Part shown: positions 1-10,691 of the stretch, piece after piece
Position numbering within the stretch: position 1 is the first letter of the stretch
Layout: each line of letters starts with the position of its first letter
The notes under the pieces: generated by a model
Database searches by the model: none
What the model saw: the letters and a program-made list of their open reading frames with translations, nothing else
Told to the model about the DNA's origin: nothing
Made by a program: the position numbers and the translations under genes
Origin: an uncultured Desulfosarcina sp.
GTDB taxonomy: Bacteria; Desulfobacterota; Desulfobacteria; Desulfobacterales; Desulfosarcinaceae
Direction of reading: 5' to 3'
Assembly: GCA_963674945.2 (NCBI GenBank)
Contig: CAXXWQ010000003.1
Span: 1,312,001 to 1,376,000 of the forward strand
DNA length: 64,000 nucleotides

Positions 1-57
1 ACCCGCAAAAACAAGTTTAAGTGAAACCCATAACGTAAAAATGATCGAGTCACAAAC

Positions 58-2601
58 ATGGACAAATCGTCACCGATCGTATCACTGATTTCAAAGCTGT
101 TGGCGGGTCCGGCGAGGCCGGGGCAGGCCTTCACCATGCCCGGCGCCAATTATGACGAAGTCTACCGGATGGGCCGGCGCTTCAGAGCCTATTTCGAAAA
201 CCATGACCGGGGCGAAGCCCCGGTCTGCCTCCTTTCGAACGACCGGGCCGTCATGGCATCGGCACTGTTGGCATCGTTGGCCGGCGGTCCGGAGTTGCTG
301 GTTCCCTACGCGTTGTCGGATGGGGCCATTTCGACACTGAAACGACTGACCGGATTCACCGTGGCCATCGGGAAAACCATGGACAGGGTCATAAGCGGAA
401 TTACCATCGTCGACGGGGATTCTCTCGAAGAAGAGGCCGAGTCCCTGGCAATCGATGAGCCGGCGCCGGATCGCACCTGGATTCATCTTTTCACCGGTGG
501 CTCCACGGGAAAGCCGAAACTGTGGACCAAGACCCCGGCCAATCTGCTGGGTGAGGCGGACTTTCTGGTCCAACGTTTCGAAATCAAAAGCGTTGACCGC
601 ATTCTGGCTACCGTGAGCCCGCTTCATATTTACGGACTTCTTTACTCTCTTCTCGCCCCCATGGTGGCCACGGCACGCGTCGTGGCAGAAACTCCCTTTC
701 TCCCTGAAGAGATCAAGCAGAAGATGGCCGAAGCGATGCCGACCATCTTCGTCAGCGTTCCGCCCCACTATCGCGCCCTTGGTGCAAACCCGCCGGAAAA
801 GGGTGCCATGCGCCTGGCCTTCTCATCCGCCGGCCCCCTGCCCGAAGAGGACGGCGTCGCCTTTTCCAAGGCAACGGAAACAGACATCGTGGAAATTTAC
901 GGAAGCACGGAGACAGGAGGCGTCGCAACCCGCTGCCGAAATAAAAAAGAAGAAGGATTCACACCATATGACTGCATCCGATGGCGTATTGCCGGTGAGC
1001 AGCTGGATATCGACTCCCCGTTTCTCTCCCGTGAACTACCGATACGGGAAAGCGGCTGGTTTACCGTGTCCGACCGGGTCAAATCCCATGGAAGCAATGC
1101 TTTTCTCGTCACCGGCCGTGTGGATCACATCGTCAAGGTGGGGGGGAACCGGGTAGACCTGCAGCGGGTCCGTCAGGTGCTGTTGGAATCCGAAGACATC
1201 GCCGATGCCCTGGTACTGGCATATCCCGTGGACAGTTCCCGGGAAAACGAGATCGTCGCACTGCTGGTGGGCGACGCATCCGAACCCCATATCAAAGTGG
1301 CGCTGGAAGAGATTCTAGAGCCCTATGAGCTGCCCAGGAAAATTCGATGGATCGACGCCATTCCCAGAACGGCCATGGGCAAGATCGACGGGCAGGCCGC
1401 ACGGCGAATTGCAAGCGAACAATCCGTTCCATCTCAGTCCTTCAAAAAAGAGGAAACACCCGGAGACAAAGATGAGGATCGTGACGATTCCAGGCACATA
1501 GAATCGCCGCACCCTTTGGGTGGCAAGCCGCCGGCACCGATGGTTCGGCGATGGGTCCATTCCGCCCCTTCGTACGACCTCGATCCGAAGTATGCAGCCC
1601 CGAGTCTTTTGGCATGGTTAACCCCGGATATGAAAACGCCCCTTGCCGCCGATGCGGCATCCTTGCGAAAACTGGTCGATTGGGACAAGACGCCTTGCTC
1701 ATTCACGCTGGTAGTCCACGAAGACACCGAAATTCGGCGAATCCTGCAGGGGTCCCGTCCCGCCAGCCTCGGGATTGCCGTGGTACTTGGAACACGGTAT
1801 GCCACCGGCTATCTGTGTAACCTGAAAGATGGAACGCCGATGGCAGCAGCAACCGAGGATTTGTTCGATCAAGGAGCGGATGAAAAAAAACATTTTTCCG
1901 GCAAGGAATCAGGGGAGATTGCCCGAGTGATCGACCTTGTCCTGGGCCGTTGCCTCAAAGCCGTTGACGCTTCGCCCGAGGCGGTGGACGATATCGTGGT
2001 ATGCGCCGGATCTGCCATGACCTATGCCCTCTGCAGTCTTCCCGAGCGTGCCCTGCGGGTTCTGTCCCATCTTCCCGTGACACTGACGCCACCGGTTTTA
2101 CGTGCAGGTGATCTCGGCCTTGCCGTTCATCCGACGGTGACCGTTTTCCCCATGCCCATCGTCTCGGATCATATCGGCGGTGACACGCTGTCCGCCGTCC
2201 TGGCGGACCGGACCTTCGAAAGAGAAGAAACCACGCTGCTGGCAAATTTCGGAGAACAGCCGGCCGTGGTATTGGGAAGCAGCGCAAGGTTGTGGAGCAC
2301 CGGTTGCGGTGCAAAAACATTTATGAAAGGTGAATTTGCCGAAGAAGTCAAAGGGTTGATGGAAAAAGCGGGCATCCAAAGAATTGACCGGCTCATCGTC
2401 ACCGGAACAGCTTCCGATCATTCATGGAAAGAAAAGATAATTTCGACAAAGACGTTCCTGCCATCTGTTTTCGACGGAAAATTCGAACTCGATGAGGACC
2501 TGATCGCCAAAGGGACGATGATGGTCTTGCTGGACGGGAAATGGAGAAAAGAGGCGATTTCGCTTTGCCACCGAATTTCAAATCTAAAATTTGGAATTTG
2601 A
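58..2601 (+). CDS. AMP-binding (ANL superfamily) acyl-CoA/acyl-ACP ligase fused to a C-terminal degenerate RACo/ASKHA-like domain
   Basis: Adenylation motifs FTGGSTGKPK, YGSTETGG, SDR...GRVDHIVKVGG and PRTAMGKID occupy aa 1-455. After a charged linker, aa ~495-847 align by eye to the RACo protein at 10692 (GIAVVLGTR, PIVSDHIGGD). Confidence 0.8.
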   Translation: MDKSSPIVSLISKLLAGPARPGQAFTMPGANYDEVYRMGRRFRAYFENHDRGEAPVCLLSNDRAVMASALLASLAGGPELLVPYALSDGAISTLKRLTGFTVAIGKTMDRVISGITIVDGDSLEEEAESLAIDEPAPDRTWIHLFTGGSTGKPKLWTKTPANLLGEADFLVQRFEIKSVDRILATVSPLHIYGLLYSLLAPMVATARVVAETPFLPEEIKQKMAEAMPTIFVSVPPHYRALGANPPEKGAMRLAFSSAGPLPEEDGVAFSKATETDIVEIYGSTETGGVATRCRNKKEEGFTPYDCIRWRIAGEQLDIDSPFLSRELPIRESGWFTVSDRVKSHGSNAFLVTGRVDHIVKVGGNRVDLQRVRQVLLESEDIADALVLAYPVDSSRENEIVALLVGDASEPHIKVALEEILEPYELPRKIRWIDAIPRTAMGKIDGQAARRIASEQSVPSQSFKKEETPGDKDEDRDDSRHIESPHPLGGKPPAPMVRRWVHSAPSYDLDPKYAAPSLLAWLTPDMKTPLAADAASLRKLVDWDKTPCSFTLVVHEDTEIRRILQGSRPASLGIAVVLGTRYATGYLCNLKDGTPMAAATEDLFDQGADEKKHFSGKESGEIARVIDLVLGRCLKAVDASPEAVDDIVVCAGSAMTYALCSLPERALRVLSHLPVTLTPPVLRAGDLGLAVHPTVTVFPMPIVSDHIGGDTLSAVLADRTFEREETTLLANFGEQPAVVLGSSARLWSTGCGAKTFMKGEFAEEVKGLMEKAGIQRIDRLIVTGTASDHSWKEKIISTKTFLPSVFDGKFELDEDLIAKGTMMVLLDGKWRKEAISLCHRISNLKFGI

Positions 2602-2604
2602 AAT

Positions 2605-2985
2605 TTATACCAGGGCCGTGCATTTAATCTCTACAAATGCCCCCTTGGGAAGGGCACTCACCTCGATGACGGCACGTGCCGGCCGGTGACTCGAAAAGTA
2701 CTCGGTGTAGACTGCGTTAAAATCCATGAACCGGCTCATATCCGTGAGAAAGACATCCACGGCAGCCACCCGATCCAAGTCGCTTCCTGCTGCGATGAGA
2801 ATCTGTTTCATATTCTCGAGGGCCTGCCGGGCCTGGGGTTCCAACTTTTTATCCACCAGTTCACCGGTATCCGGGTCCATTCCCAACTGGCCGCTGATAA
2901 ATACGAATGGCGGGGCGACCACGGCCTGGGAATACGGACCGATGGCCGCCGGTGCGTTGTCGGTTTCAACCGTTCTCATGGTCAT
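2605..2985 (-). CDS. ridA: RidA/YjgF family enamine/imine deaminase
   Basis: APAAIGPYSQAV, SGQLGMDP, RPARAVIEVSALPKGAFVEI; AAGGAG RBS upstream. Confidence 0.95.
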   Translation of the reverse strand: MTMRTVETDNAPAAIGPYSQAVVAPPFVFISGQLGMDPDTGELVDKKLEPQARQALENMKQILIAAGSDLDRVAAVDVFLTDMSRFMDFNAVYTEYFSSHRPARAVIEVSALPKGAFVEIKCTALV

Positions 2986-3169
2986 CGAAAAACTCCTTCC
3001 GCTTCATTTTTTTCGGAGATCGAAATGTTTTTTTACCCATCATAGCGGTTGAAAAAAAGATCACCTTACCCCCTCGATGGCATAGGTTTTTCGATAGTGT
3101 TTTCGGCGAGGCCAGAGGGAGGAAGCTGTATGCCGAATACCGCGACGACCGATAACGCTGTCGGGAAAC

Positions 3170-4867
3170 CTATAGTTTTCCTTTTTTGATGATTGCGACA
3201 AGCAGCCAAAACCCCATCACCGCCGCGGCAACGAAACCGATGATACCAATCAGGGAGATTCCGTAAATCAAAGGAGGTGTTTTCGAGATGACGATGAGCG
3301 CCGATCCCACGATCAACGCGGCAATAATAATGGAAAAGCTGATGCGGTTGCTGATCTGGTCATGGGTGGAAAGCATCTCCTCCAGCCCCTTCATCTCCAG
3401 TTGAAAGGTGAGATTCTTTTTCCGGATGGTCCGTGTGATCTCCAATAGATCCTTGGGAAATGCCTGGATGAAGTCCATATACTGGGTGACGATGCCCAAC
3501 AGGTCTCTGGTCATGCGTCCGGGAGAAAAACGGGCGAGCTTAACCCGCTTGATGAAGGGCTCGGCATGAACAATCATGTCGAAATCGGGATCCAGGGCCA
3601 TCCCCACCCCTTCCACGGTACTCAACGCTTTCATCATCAAGAAAATCTCCGGTGGGAGGCGGAGCCGATGTTCGGCGCACAGTTCCAGGATGTGATTGAG
3701 CAGCTTGCCGATCTGGATATCCTTGAGGGGTTTGAACATGTGCTCACCCAAAAAATCGGCCACGTCCTTCCCTAAAAGGCGCATATCCGGAGTTTCCTCC
3801 CACAGGGTCAGATTGAGCAGCACCCGAGCGATACGCTGCTCGTCCCGATGGACCACGGCATCCACCAACTCCACGAAGCCCTCACGGGTTTTGCGGTCAA
3901 TGGTCCCCATCATTCCGAAATCCAGAAGGCAGATCACGTTATTGGGCAAGACAAACAGGTTGCCCGGATGGGGATCGGCATGAAAGAAGCCGTGCTCGAA
4001 AACCTGGGTCAGAAGGATGTCGGCGCCACGTCGGGTGATGAGGCCGCGATCGTAACCCCTTGCATCCAGTTGTTCGAGATTAGAGACCTTGATGCCGTTC
4101 ACGAACTCGGTCGTGAGTACGCGTTGGGTGGTAATCTCCCTGTAAACCTTTGGGATGTATACGGAATCGTCGTGAAGAAAGGATCGGGCCACCCGCTCCA
4201 TACTGGTGGCTTCGAGGGTGTAATCCAACTCTTTTTCGATGGTCCGGGCGAATTCCTCGACGATGTTCACCGGTTGGTGCAGCGCCAATTCCTCGATGTG
4301 GCGCTCTGCCAACGTGGCCAGGTGGAGCATGATCTCCAGGTCCACCTCGATGGTTTTTCGGATGCCCGGACGCTGCACCTTGACGGCCACCTCGTCTCCA
4401 TCGGCAAGACACGCCCGATGGACCTGGCCGATGGATGCCGAGGCCAGAGGTTCCGGGTCAAGTTCGTCGAACCACGCGTCAACGGATCGTCCCGTCTCCG
4501 TTTCGATGATTCGCCGGATGTCCGAAAAGGGAAAGGAAGGAATCTTGTCCTGAAGTTTTGCCAATTCCCGGATAAAATCCACGGGGATCAGGTCCGTACG
4601 GGTGGAAAGGATCTGGCCCATTTTAATATAGGTGGGTCCCAGTTCCTCGATGGCCATGCGGACACGAACCGCCCGAGACAGGCGCTCCACCCGTTCCCGG
4701 CGATTTCGGGAGATCATCTGCAGACCGATCTCGATATACTGATCGATCTTGAGCAGGTCCACGATATCGTCGAAACCGTACTTGAACAGCACCGCCAAAA
4801 TTTGTCGGTACCGGGCCAAATTCCTATAGGTACGGCCGATAACGCCGATTTTTCGAATACTGATCAT
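3170..4867 (-). CDS. AarF/UbiB/ABC1 family atypical kinase
   Basis: [48 protein letters not shown]; two C-terminal TM helices. Confidence 0.93.
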   Translation of the reverse strand: MISIRKIGVIGRTYRNLARYRQILAVLFKYGFDDIVDLLKIDQYIEIGLQMISRNRRERVERLSRAVRVRMAIEELGPTYIKMGQILSTRTDLIPVDFIRELAKLQDKIPSFPFSDIRRIIETETGRSVDAWFDELDPEPLASASIGQVHRACLADGDEVAVKVQRPGIRKTIEVDLEIMLHLATLAERHIEELALHQPVNIVEEFARTIEKELDYTLEATSMERVARSFLHDDSVYIPKVYREITTQRVLTTEFVNGIKVSNLEQLDARGYDRGLITRRGADILLTQVFEHGFFHADPHPGNLFVLPNNVICLLDFGMMGTIDRKTREGFVELVDAVVHRDEQRIARVLLNLTLWEETPDMRLLGKDVADFLGEHMFKPLKDIQIGKLLNHILELCAEHRLRLPPEIFLMMKALSTVEGVGMALDPDFDMIVHAEPFIKRVKLARFSPGRMTRDLLGIVTQYMDFIQAFPKDLLEITRTIRKKNLTFQLEMKGLEEMLSTHDQISNRISFSIIIAALIVGSALIVISKTPPLIYGISLIGIIGFVAAAVMGFWLLVAIIKKGKL

Positions 4868-4876
4868 GGGCGGGGC

Positions 4877-5194
4877 TTACGCGTCTTCCCCGGCATCTTT
4901 AGAACTGATCAGACTTTTCAGCTCCCGAATCTCCTTTTTGAGCCCCTTTAAGTCCTCCTGGGTGACCACATCCGCCCTTTTTAAAAGCTTCTTGACGCTT
5001 TCTTCCACCCGTTCCTCCAGTTTCTGCTGTGCATCCTCATAGCGGTCTTGCATGTCCCTGACGAACTTGCGACCTTCGGCCTCGGTCGTCTTGCCCTGCT
5101 TGGCGATATCATCCACAATGTCCTCCACCTCGTCCCACGCCTTCAGTGCGAGTCCGACACCAGCGAGCATGCTCTTTCGAACCAGATCAAACAT
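4877..5194 (-). CDS. Phasin/PHA-granule-associated-like coiled-coil protein
   Basis: MFDLVRKSMLAGVGLALK...EGRKFV pattern, typical upstream of ubiB-like kinases. Start moved to ATG 5194 behind AAGGAG. Confidence 0.75.
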   Translation of the reverse strand: MFDLVRKSMLAGVGLALKAWDEVEDIVDDIAKQGKTTEAEGRKFVRDMQDRYEDAQQKLEERVEESVKKLLKRADVVTQEDLKGLKKEIRELKSLISSKDAGEDA

Positions 5195-5572
5195 GATATT
5201 CTCCTTATGTTGGAATTCTTCGGATATAAGGGCGGACGAAGGACGGCGAAATGTCCGCGCCATGGCCACCGTAACCGTGATGGGTGTATGAATATCGAAT
5301 GGGAAAAACTTAGCACAAGGGTATCACCATGGCAAGGTGTTGCTGCGGTATGCACAGGGTAACCGCATTTGTATGCTGGTGCAACCGTATTGGCAATGAT
5401 GCGTTGAAATCATGGGATAATAGGCAAAAATGCAAATGGGTCAACCCAGTTTCGTGCGCCATAAGCCTTGACTGTTCGATCCAACTGACTTAATCATCTG
5501 TGGATCGAACAGCGGCACGAATGCCGCCTGCAACTGTAATTTGATCCTATTAGGGAAAAGGAGTTAAGCACC

Positions 5573-6322
5573 ATGCCCGTATCCATTGCCATGGCCGGGA
5601 AAGGGGGTACCGGAAAGACCACCGTTGCCGGCATGCTGATCAAATACCTGATGAGCAAGGACAAAGCCCCGGTACTGGCCGTCGACGCAGATGCAAATGC
5701 CAACTTGAACGAGGTCCTGGGGCTCGAAGTCACCGACACGTTGGGAAACGCAAGGGAGGAGATGAAAAAAGGCGATGTGCCCCCGGGCATGACCAAGGAT
5801 GTTTTCATGTCCATGCGGCTGGAGCAGGCCGTGATTGAGCAAAAAGGGTTCGATCTGGTGGTCATGGGACAGCCCGAAGGTGCGGGATGCTATTGTGCCG
5901 CCAACACCCTGCTGACCGGTTTTCTTGATCGGCTCGGCGATAACTACCCCTACATCGTCATGGACAACGAGGCCGGCATGGAGCACCTGAGCCGGCTTAC
6001 CACCAAAAACGTGGATGTGCTGCTCATCGTCACCGACACATCCCGACGGGGGCTTCAGGCAGGACTTCGCATCCACAAACTGGCCCAGGACTTGAAGATT
6101 GGCGTGAAAAAAAGCTACATTCTGATCAATCAGGCCAAGGCCGATCCAACGGATGAAGTAATATCCATCTTACAGGAAAGCGGCCTGGAACTGGCCGGGG
6201 TGATTCCCGATGACGAAAAGGTCTACGAATTCGATATGGAAGGTATGCCAACCGTGAACCTCGATGCGGACAACCCCGCAATGAAGGCGGCATTTTCCAT
6301 TTTCGATGAAATCATTCCGTAA
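5573..6322 (+). CDS. cooC: CooC/AcsF-type nickel-insertion ATPase (CODH/ACS maturation)
   Basis: Deviant Walker A GKGGTGKTT, DADANANL, GCYC Ni-binding motif, DNEAGMEHLSR. Confidence 0.9.
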   Translation: MPVSIAMAGKGGTGKTTVAGMLIKYLMSKDKAPVLAVDADANANLNEVLGLEVTDTLGNAREEMKKGDVPPGMTKDVFMSMRLEQAVIEQKGFDLVVMGQPEGAGCYCAANTLLTGFLDRLGDNYPYIVMDNEAGMEHLSRLTTKNVDVLLIVTDTSRRGLQAGLRIHKLAQDLKIGVKKSYILINQAKADPTDEVISILQESGLELAGVIPDDEKVYEFDMEGMPTVNLDADNPAMKAAFSIFDEIIP

Positions 6323-6337
6323 AGGACGATACTACCC

Positions 6338-7288
<951 letters not shown>

Positions 7289-7358
7289 GACGGACCTCCA
7301 GGTCCAACCGAAACCGAACCGCTACAAACAACAATTTACAGCATACGAGGAAAATATC

Positions 7359-8036
7359 ATGTTTGTCAGTCGATCCATGGTCTCAGAAGTGATCACCATC
7401 GACAAGGAAGCGACCGTATTTACGGCCCAGGAAAAGATGACGGACAATGGTATCCGTCACCTCCCCGTGGTGGACGCACAAAATCACCTTATCGGCATCG
7501 TCACCGATCGGGACATCCGAAGTGCCCTGCCCTACCGCCTTATCAAGGAAAAACCGAACGCCGCGGAGAGGGAGGAACTGGCGAAGTTGAAGGTGGAAGA
7601 TATTATGACGCGCGACCCCAAAACCATTCCTTTGATGTACACCATTCAAGATGCCCTACTGATGTTTCAAAAGGAAAAGATAGGTGCCTTTCCGGTGGTG
7701 GACGATGAAGGCAAACTCAAGGGAATCCTCTCCGTGCGGGATCTTCTTCGGGCGTTCATCAATGTCCTGGGCATCGGTCGTCCCGGCACCCTCATATGCA
7801 TCGAAGCCGAGGAAAAGATCGGGCAAATGAAAAGGATCGTCGATGCCATAACCGAAGAGAACATATCATTCGGCAGTATTCTGGTGGCCCCCACCTGGGA
7901 AGAAAACAAGCGGGCCGTTTTCCCCTACCTGCTCACCAATACCGTATCCAAGGTGAAGAAGAAACTCACCGGCATGGGGTTCAAACTCATCGACCCCATG
8001 AAATGGTATATCGAGAAGGGTCCCGACAAATCATAG
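7359..8036 (+). CDS. acuB: AcuB-like CBS-pair + ACT domain protein
   Basis: Two CBS repeats (IRHLPVVD..GIVTDRD; IGAFPVVD..GILSVRD) and an ACT-like tail. Start ATG 7359 behind GAGG. Confidence 0.8.
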   Translation: MFVSRSMVSEVITIDKEATVFTAQEKMTDNGIRHLPVVDAQNHLIGIVTDRDIRSALPYRLIKEKPNAAEREELAKLKVEDIMTRDPKTIPLMYTIQDALLMFQKEKIGAFPVVDDEGKLKGILSVRDLLRAFINVLGIGRPGTLICIEAEEKIGQMKRIVDAITEENISFGSILVAPTWEENKRAVFPYLLTNTVSKVKKKLTGMGFKLIDPMKWYIEKGPDKS

Positions 8037-8049
8037 CGCATCTGAAACA

Positions 8050-8895
8050 ATGACAACTGCAATCGTTACGGAAAATCCTTACAAGGATCTTTATATCTAC
8101 TACTTTTCAGGGCGATTTCGTCCGGACCATCGCTTTCAACCCGCCGATTACCTCGGTTGCTGGGAGGAGGGGGAATTCTCATTCCTCTTTTTTCACCGTC
8201 CCAACCCGGGAGCGGTAGCGAGGGCAATCGGCCTTTGGCCGGATCTTGTGTTGCTGGACCAATACCAAATGTCCTACGAACAGTGGCATGGTGATGAAAT
8301 CAAACCCTGCCGTATCGGTGGATTCACTGTCACCCCCCCGTGGATTGACGACCAAAGGACTTTTTCAGAGCCGACCATCATCCTCGACCCCGGCGTGGTG
8401 TTCGGTACGGGAACCCATCCCACCACCCGAGACTGTATGGAGGCGCTGGAGCTGGCCATGGCGGACCAATCCGTCACGACCGCCCTGGACTTGGGAACGG
8501 GCACCGGTCTGCTTTCCCTTGCGGCGGCTCGGCTGGGGTGCCGTAAGGTACTCGCCATGGATCTCAATCTATTGGCCGCCCGGACCACAAAAAGGAATGT
8601 GCAATTGAATCGATTGTCGGATCGGATATTGGTGGCACAAGGGGATGCCGAGAAATTTATGGACTTTACGAGCGATCTTGTGATATCGAATATCCACTAT
8701 GATGTCATGAAGAACCTGATTCGTAGGAAGGGGTTTTTACTAAAAAGGCACTTTATTCTATCGGGATTGATGCGAAGTGAGGCTGCACAAATCGAATCGA
8801 CACTTGCCGATCTTCCAGTGAGAATTGTTCATCGTTGGCACAGCGAAGGCACCTGGGAAGGAACCTGGCATACCATATACGGTGTTGCCGCTTGA
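8050..8895 (+). CDS. prmA: PrmA-like SAM-dependent protein methyltransferase
   Basis: LDPGVVFGTGTHPTT, LDLGTGTGLL, ILSGL; divergent N-terminus. Confidence 0.7.
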   Translation: MTTAIVTENPYKDLYIYYFSGRFRPDHRFQPADYLGCWEEGEFSFLFFHRPNPGAVARAIGLWPDLVLLDQYQMSYEQWHGDEIKPCRIGGFTVTPPWIDDQRTFSEPTIILDPGVVFGTGTHPTTRDCMEALELAMADQSVTTALDLGTGTGLLSLAAARLGCRKVLAMDLNLLAARTTKRNVQLNRLSDRILVAQGDAEKFMDFTSDLVISNIHYDVMKNLIRRKGFLLKRHFILSGLMRSEAAQIESTLADLPVRIVHRWHSEGTWEGTWHTIYGVAA

Positions 8896-8916
8896 CATTT
8901 GAATCGAGGACTGACC

Positions 8917-9756
8917 ATGGACATCACCTGTTGGGGCTCCAGAGGTTCCATTCCTGTTTCCGGGAGGGAGTACAACAAATACGGCGGTGATACCACCTGT
9001 ATGGAGGTCCGTACCGACAGCGACGACATTATCATCGTCGATGCAGGTACAGGGATCCGACGACTGGGAAACCATCTGATCGAACAGGATCGATTTCGCT
9101 ATAATTTTCTCCTCACCCACGGTCACTGGGACCATCTGATGGGATTTCCCTTTTTCAAACCTCTCTTTCTCAGTCGTACCGAAATTCACATGCACCGGGC
9201 TCCTTTCCACAAAAAATTCATGGAGACCATGTTCTCCAAGGTGATGGCACCGCCCAACTTTCCCGTTCGTTACTCGGATCTGAAGGCAAAAATCATCTGG
9301 GAAGAGGGTCATCCGGCGGAATTTCGCATCGGATCAACCACCGTGGTTCCCATTCCCATCAGCCATCCCAATACGGGGAAAGGTTACAAGTTTATCGAAA
9401 ACGGCAGGACCTTCGTTTTCATCACCGACAACGAGCTGGGATTCGTCCATCCAGGTGGACTCCCCTTTTCAGACTATGTCGAATTTTGTAAAGGGGCCGA
9501 CCTTCTGATTCATGACGGCGAGTACACCGAGAGTGAGTATCAAAAACTCATCGAATGGGGCCACTCCTCCTTCACCGACGTATTGAAACTGTCGTTTGAA
9601 GCCGGTGTCAAACGACTGGGCTTGTTCCACCTCAATCAGGAAAGAACGGACGATCAGGTGGACGAAATCGTGGATCGGTGCAAGGAAATCATTGGGAAGA
9701 AAGGCGAGACACTGGACTGCTTTGCTGTGGGCCGTGATATGAAGTTCACACTATAA
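8917..9756 (+). CDS. Metallo-beta-lactamase fold hydrolase (phosphodiesterase-like)
   Basis: WGSRGSIP, YGGDTTC, DAGTG, THGHWDH, FITDNE, WGHS. ATG 8917 behind GAGG. Confidence 0.88.
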   Translation: MDITCWGSRGSIPVSGREYNKYGGDTTCMEVRTDSDDIIIVDAGTGIRRLGNHLIEQDRFRYNFLLTHGHWDHLMGFPFFKPLFLSRTEIHMHRAPFHKKFMETMFSKVMAPPNFPVRYSDLKAKIIWEEGHPAEFRIGSTTVVPIPISHPNTGKGYKFIENGRTFVFITDNELGFVHPGGLPFSDYVEFCKGADLLIHDGEYTESEYQKLIEWGHSSFTDVLKLSFEAGVKRLGLFHLNQERTDDQVDEIVDRCKEIIGKKGETLDCFAVGRDMKFTL

Positions 9757-9905
9757 AGCGTTAAGTTTTAAGTGGTTAAGTTAATGTATTCTGTCTAATT
9801 TATTTGGAATCGACTTCAATTCCTCGCCAACAAATTTATACAAATCGATCCTGATCCTTCCCTTAACACGTAAAACCTTACACCTAACGCTTCTTTTTGA
9901 TTACC

Positions 9906-10661
9906 ATGTCCGACCAGATTGAACGAGCTGCCACCATATTAGCCAAATCCAAATTCACCGTAGCTTTGACCGGTGCCGGCATTTCCGTGGAGAGTGGTAT
10001 TCCGCCCTTTCGGGGAAAAGGCGGCCTGTGGGAAAGAATCGATCCCATGAAATACGCCCATATCAACGCCTTGCGGGAAGATCCGGGGACGGTGTGGCGG
10101 ATGTTGATCAAAGAGATGAACATGACGCTGGGAAAAGCCCGTCCCAATCCGGCCCACATCGGCCTGATGGACCTGGAAGAGTTAGGCATCCTGCGGTCCA
10201 TCATCACCCAAAACGTGGATGGCCTGCATCAAATGGCCGGAAGCACCGACGTCATCGAGTTTCATGGAACCTTTTCCTGGGTTCGCTGTTTTGCGTGTGA
10301 TCGCCGGACGAGGATTACCGACATCGACCTGACCGAAATTCCACCCCGGTGCCGATGTGGCGGTATATACCGGCCCGATGCCGTCTTCTTCGGTGAAATG
10401 ATCCCGCAAGAGGCGTTGTTTCGCTCCCAACGGGCATCGGGCAACTGTGATGTGATGCTGGTCATCGGCACATCGGCACTGGTCCAGCCTTCGGCCAGCA
10501 TACCGTTCATCGCCAAGGACAATGGCGCCGCCATCATCGAAATCAATCCGGAACCAACACAACTCACCGACGAAATCAGCGATATATCCCTTATGGGTCC
10601 TGCCGGAAGTGTCATGCCCCGCCTGGTACGGTCCGTTCGAAGCCGAATGGCCAGCCGCTGA
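9906..10661 (+). CDS. cobB: Sir2/CobB family NAD-dependent protein deacylase
   Basis: TGAGISVESGIPPFRG, TQNVDGLHQ, EFHG, CxxC/CxC zinc site, RPDAVFFGE, GTSALVQP. Confidence 0.93.
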   Translation: MSDQIERAATILAKSKFTVALTGAGISVESGIPPFRGKGGLWERIDPMKYAHINALREDPGTVWRMLIKEMNMTLGKARPNPAHIGLMDLEELGILRSIITQNVDGLHQMAGSTDVIEFHGTFSWVRCFACDRRTRITDIDLTEIPPRCRCGGIYRPDAVFFGEMIPQEALFRSQRASGNCDVMLVIGTSALVQPSASIPFIAKDNGAAIIEINPEPTQLTDEISDISLMGPAGSVMPRLVRSVRSRMASR

Positions 10662-10691
10662 CGACAATTCCCCTATGAGAAGACTGCTGCC

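Noticed and set aside
3848..4951. 367-aa plus-strand ORF
   Set aside because: Antisense shadow of the ubiB-like gene; no motifs.
5330..5344. TGGCAAGGTGTTGCT sigma-54-like sequence
   Set aside because: -24/-12 spacing is one base short, and sigma-54 spacing is strict.
8845..8868. 12-bp tandem duplication (EGTW-EGTW) in the prmA-like gene
   Set aside because: Real but in-frame, two copies, near the C-terminus; probably a neutral slippage event.
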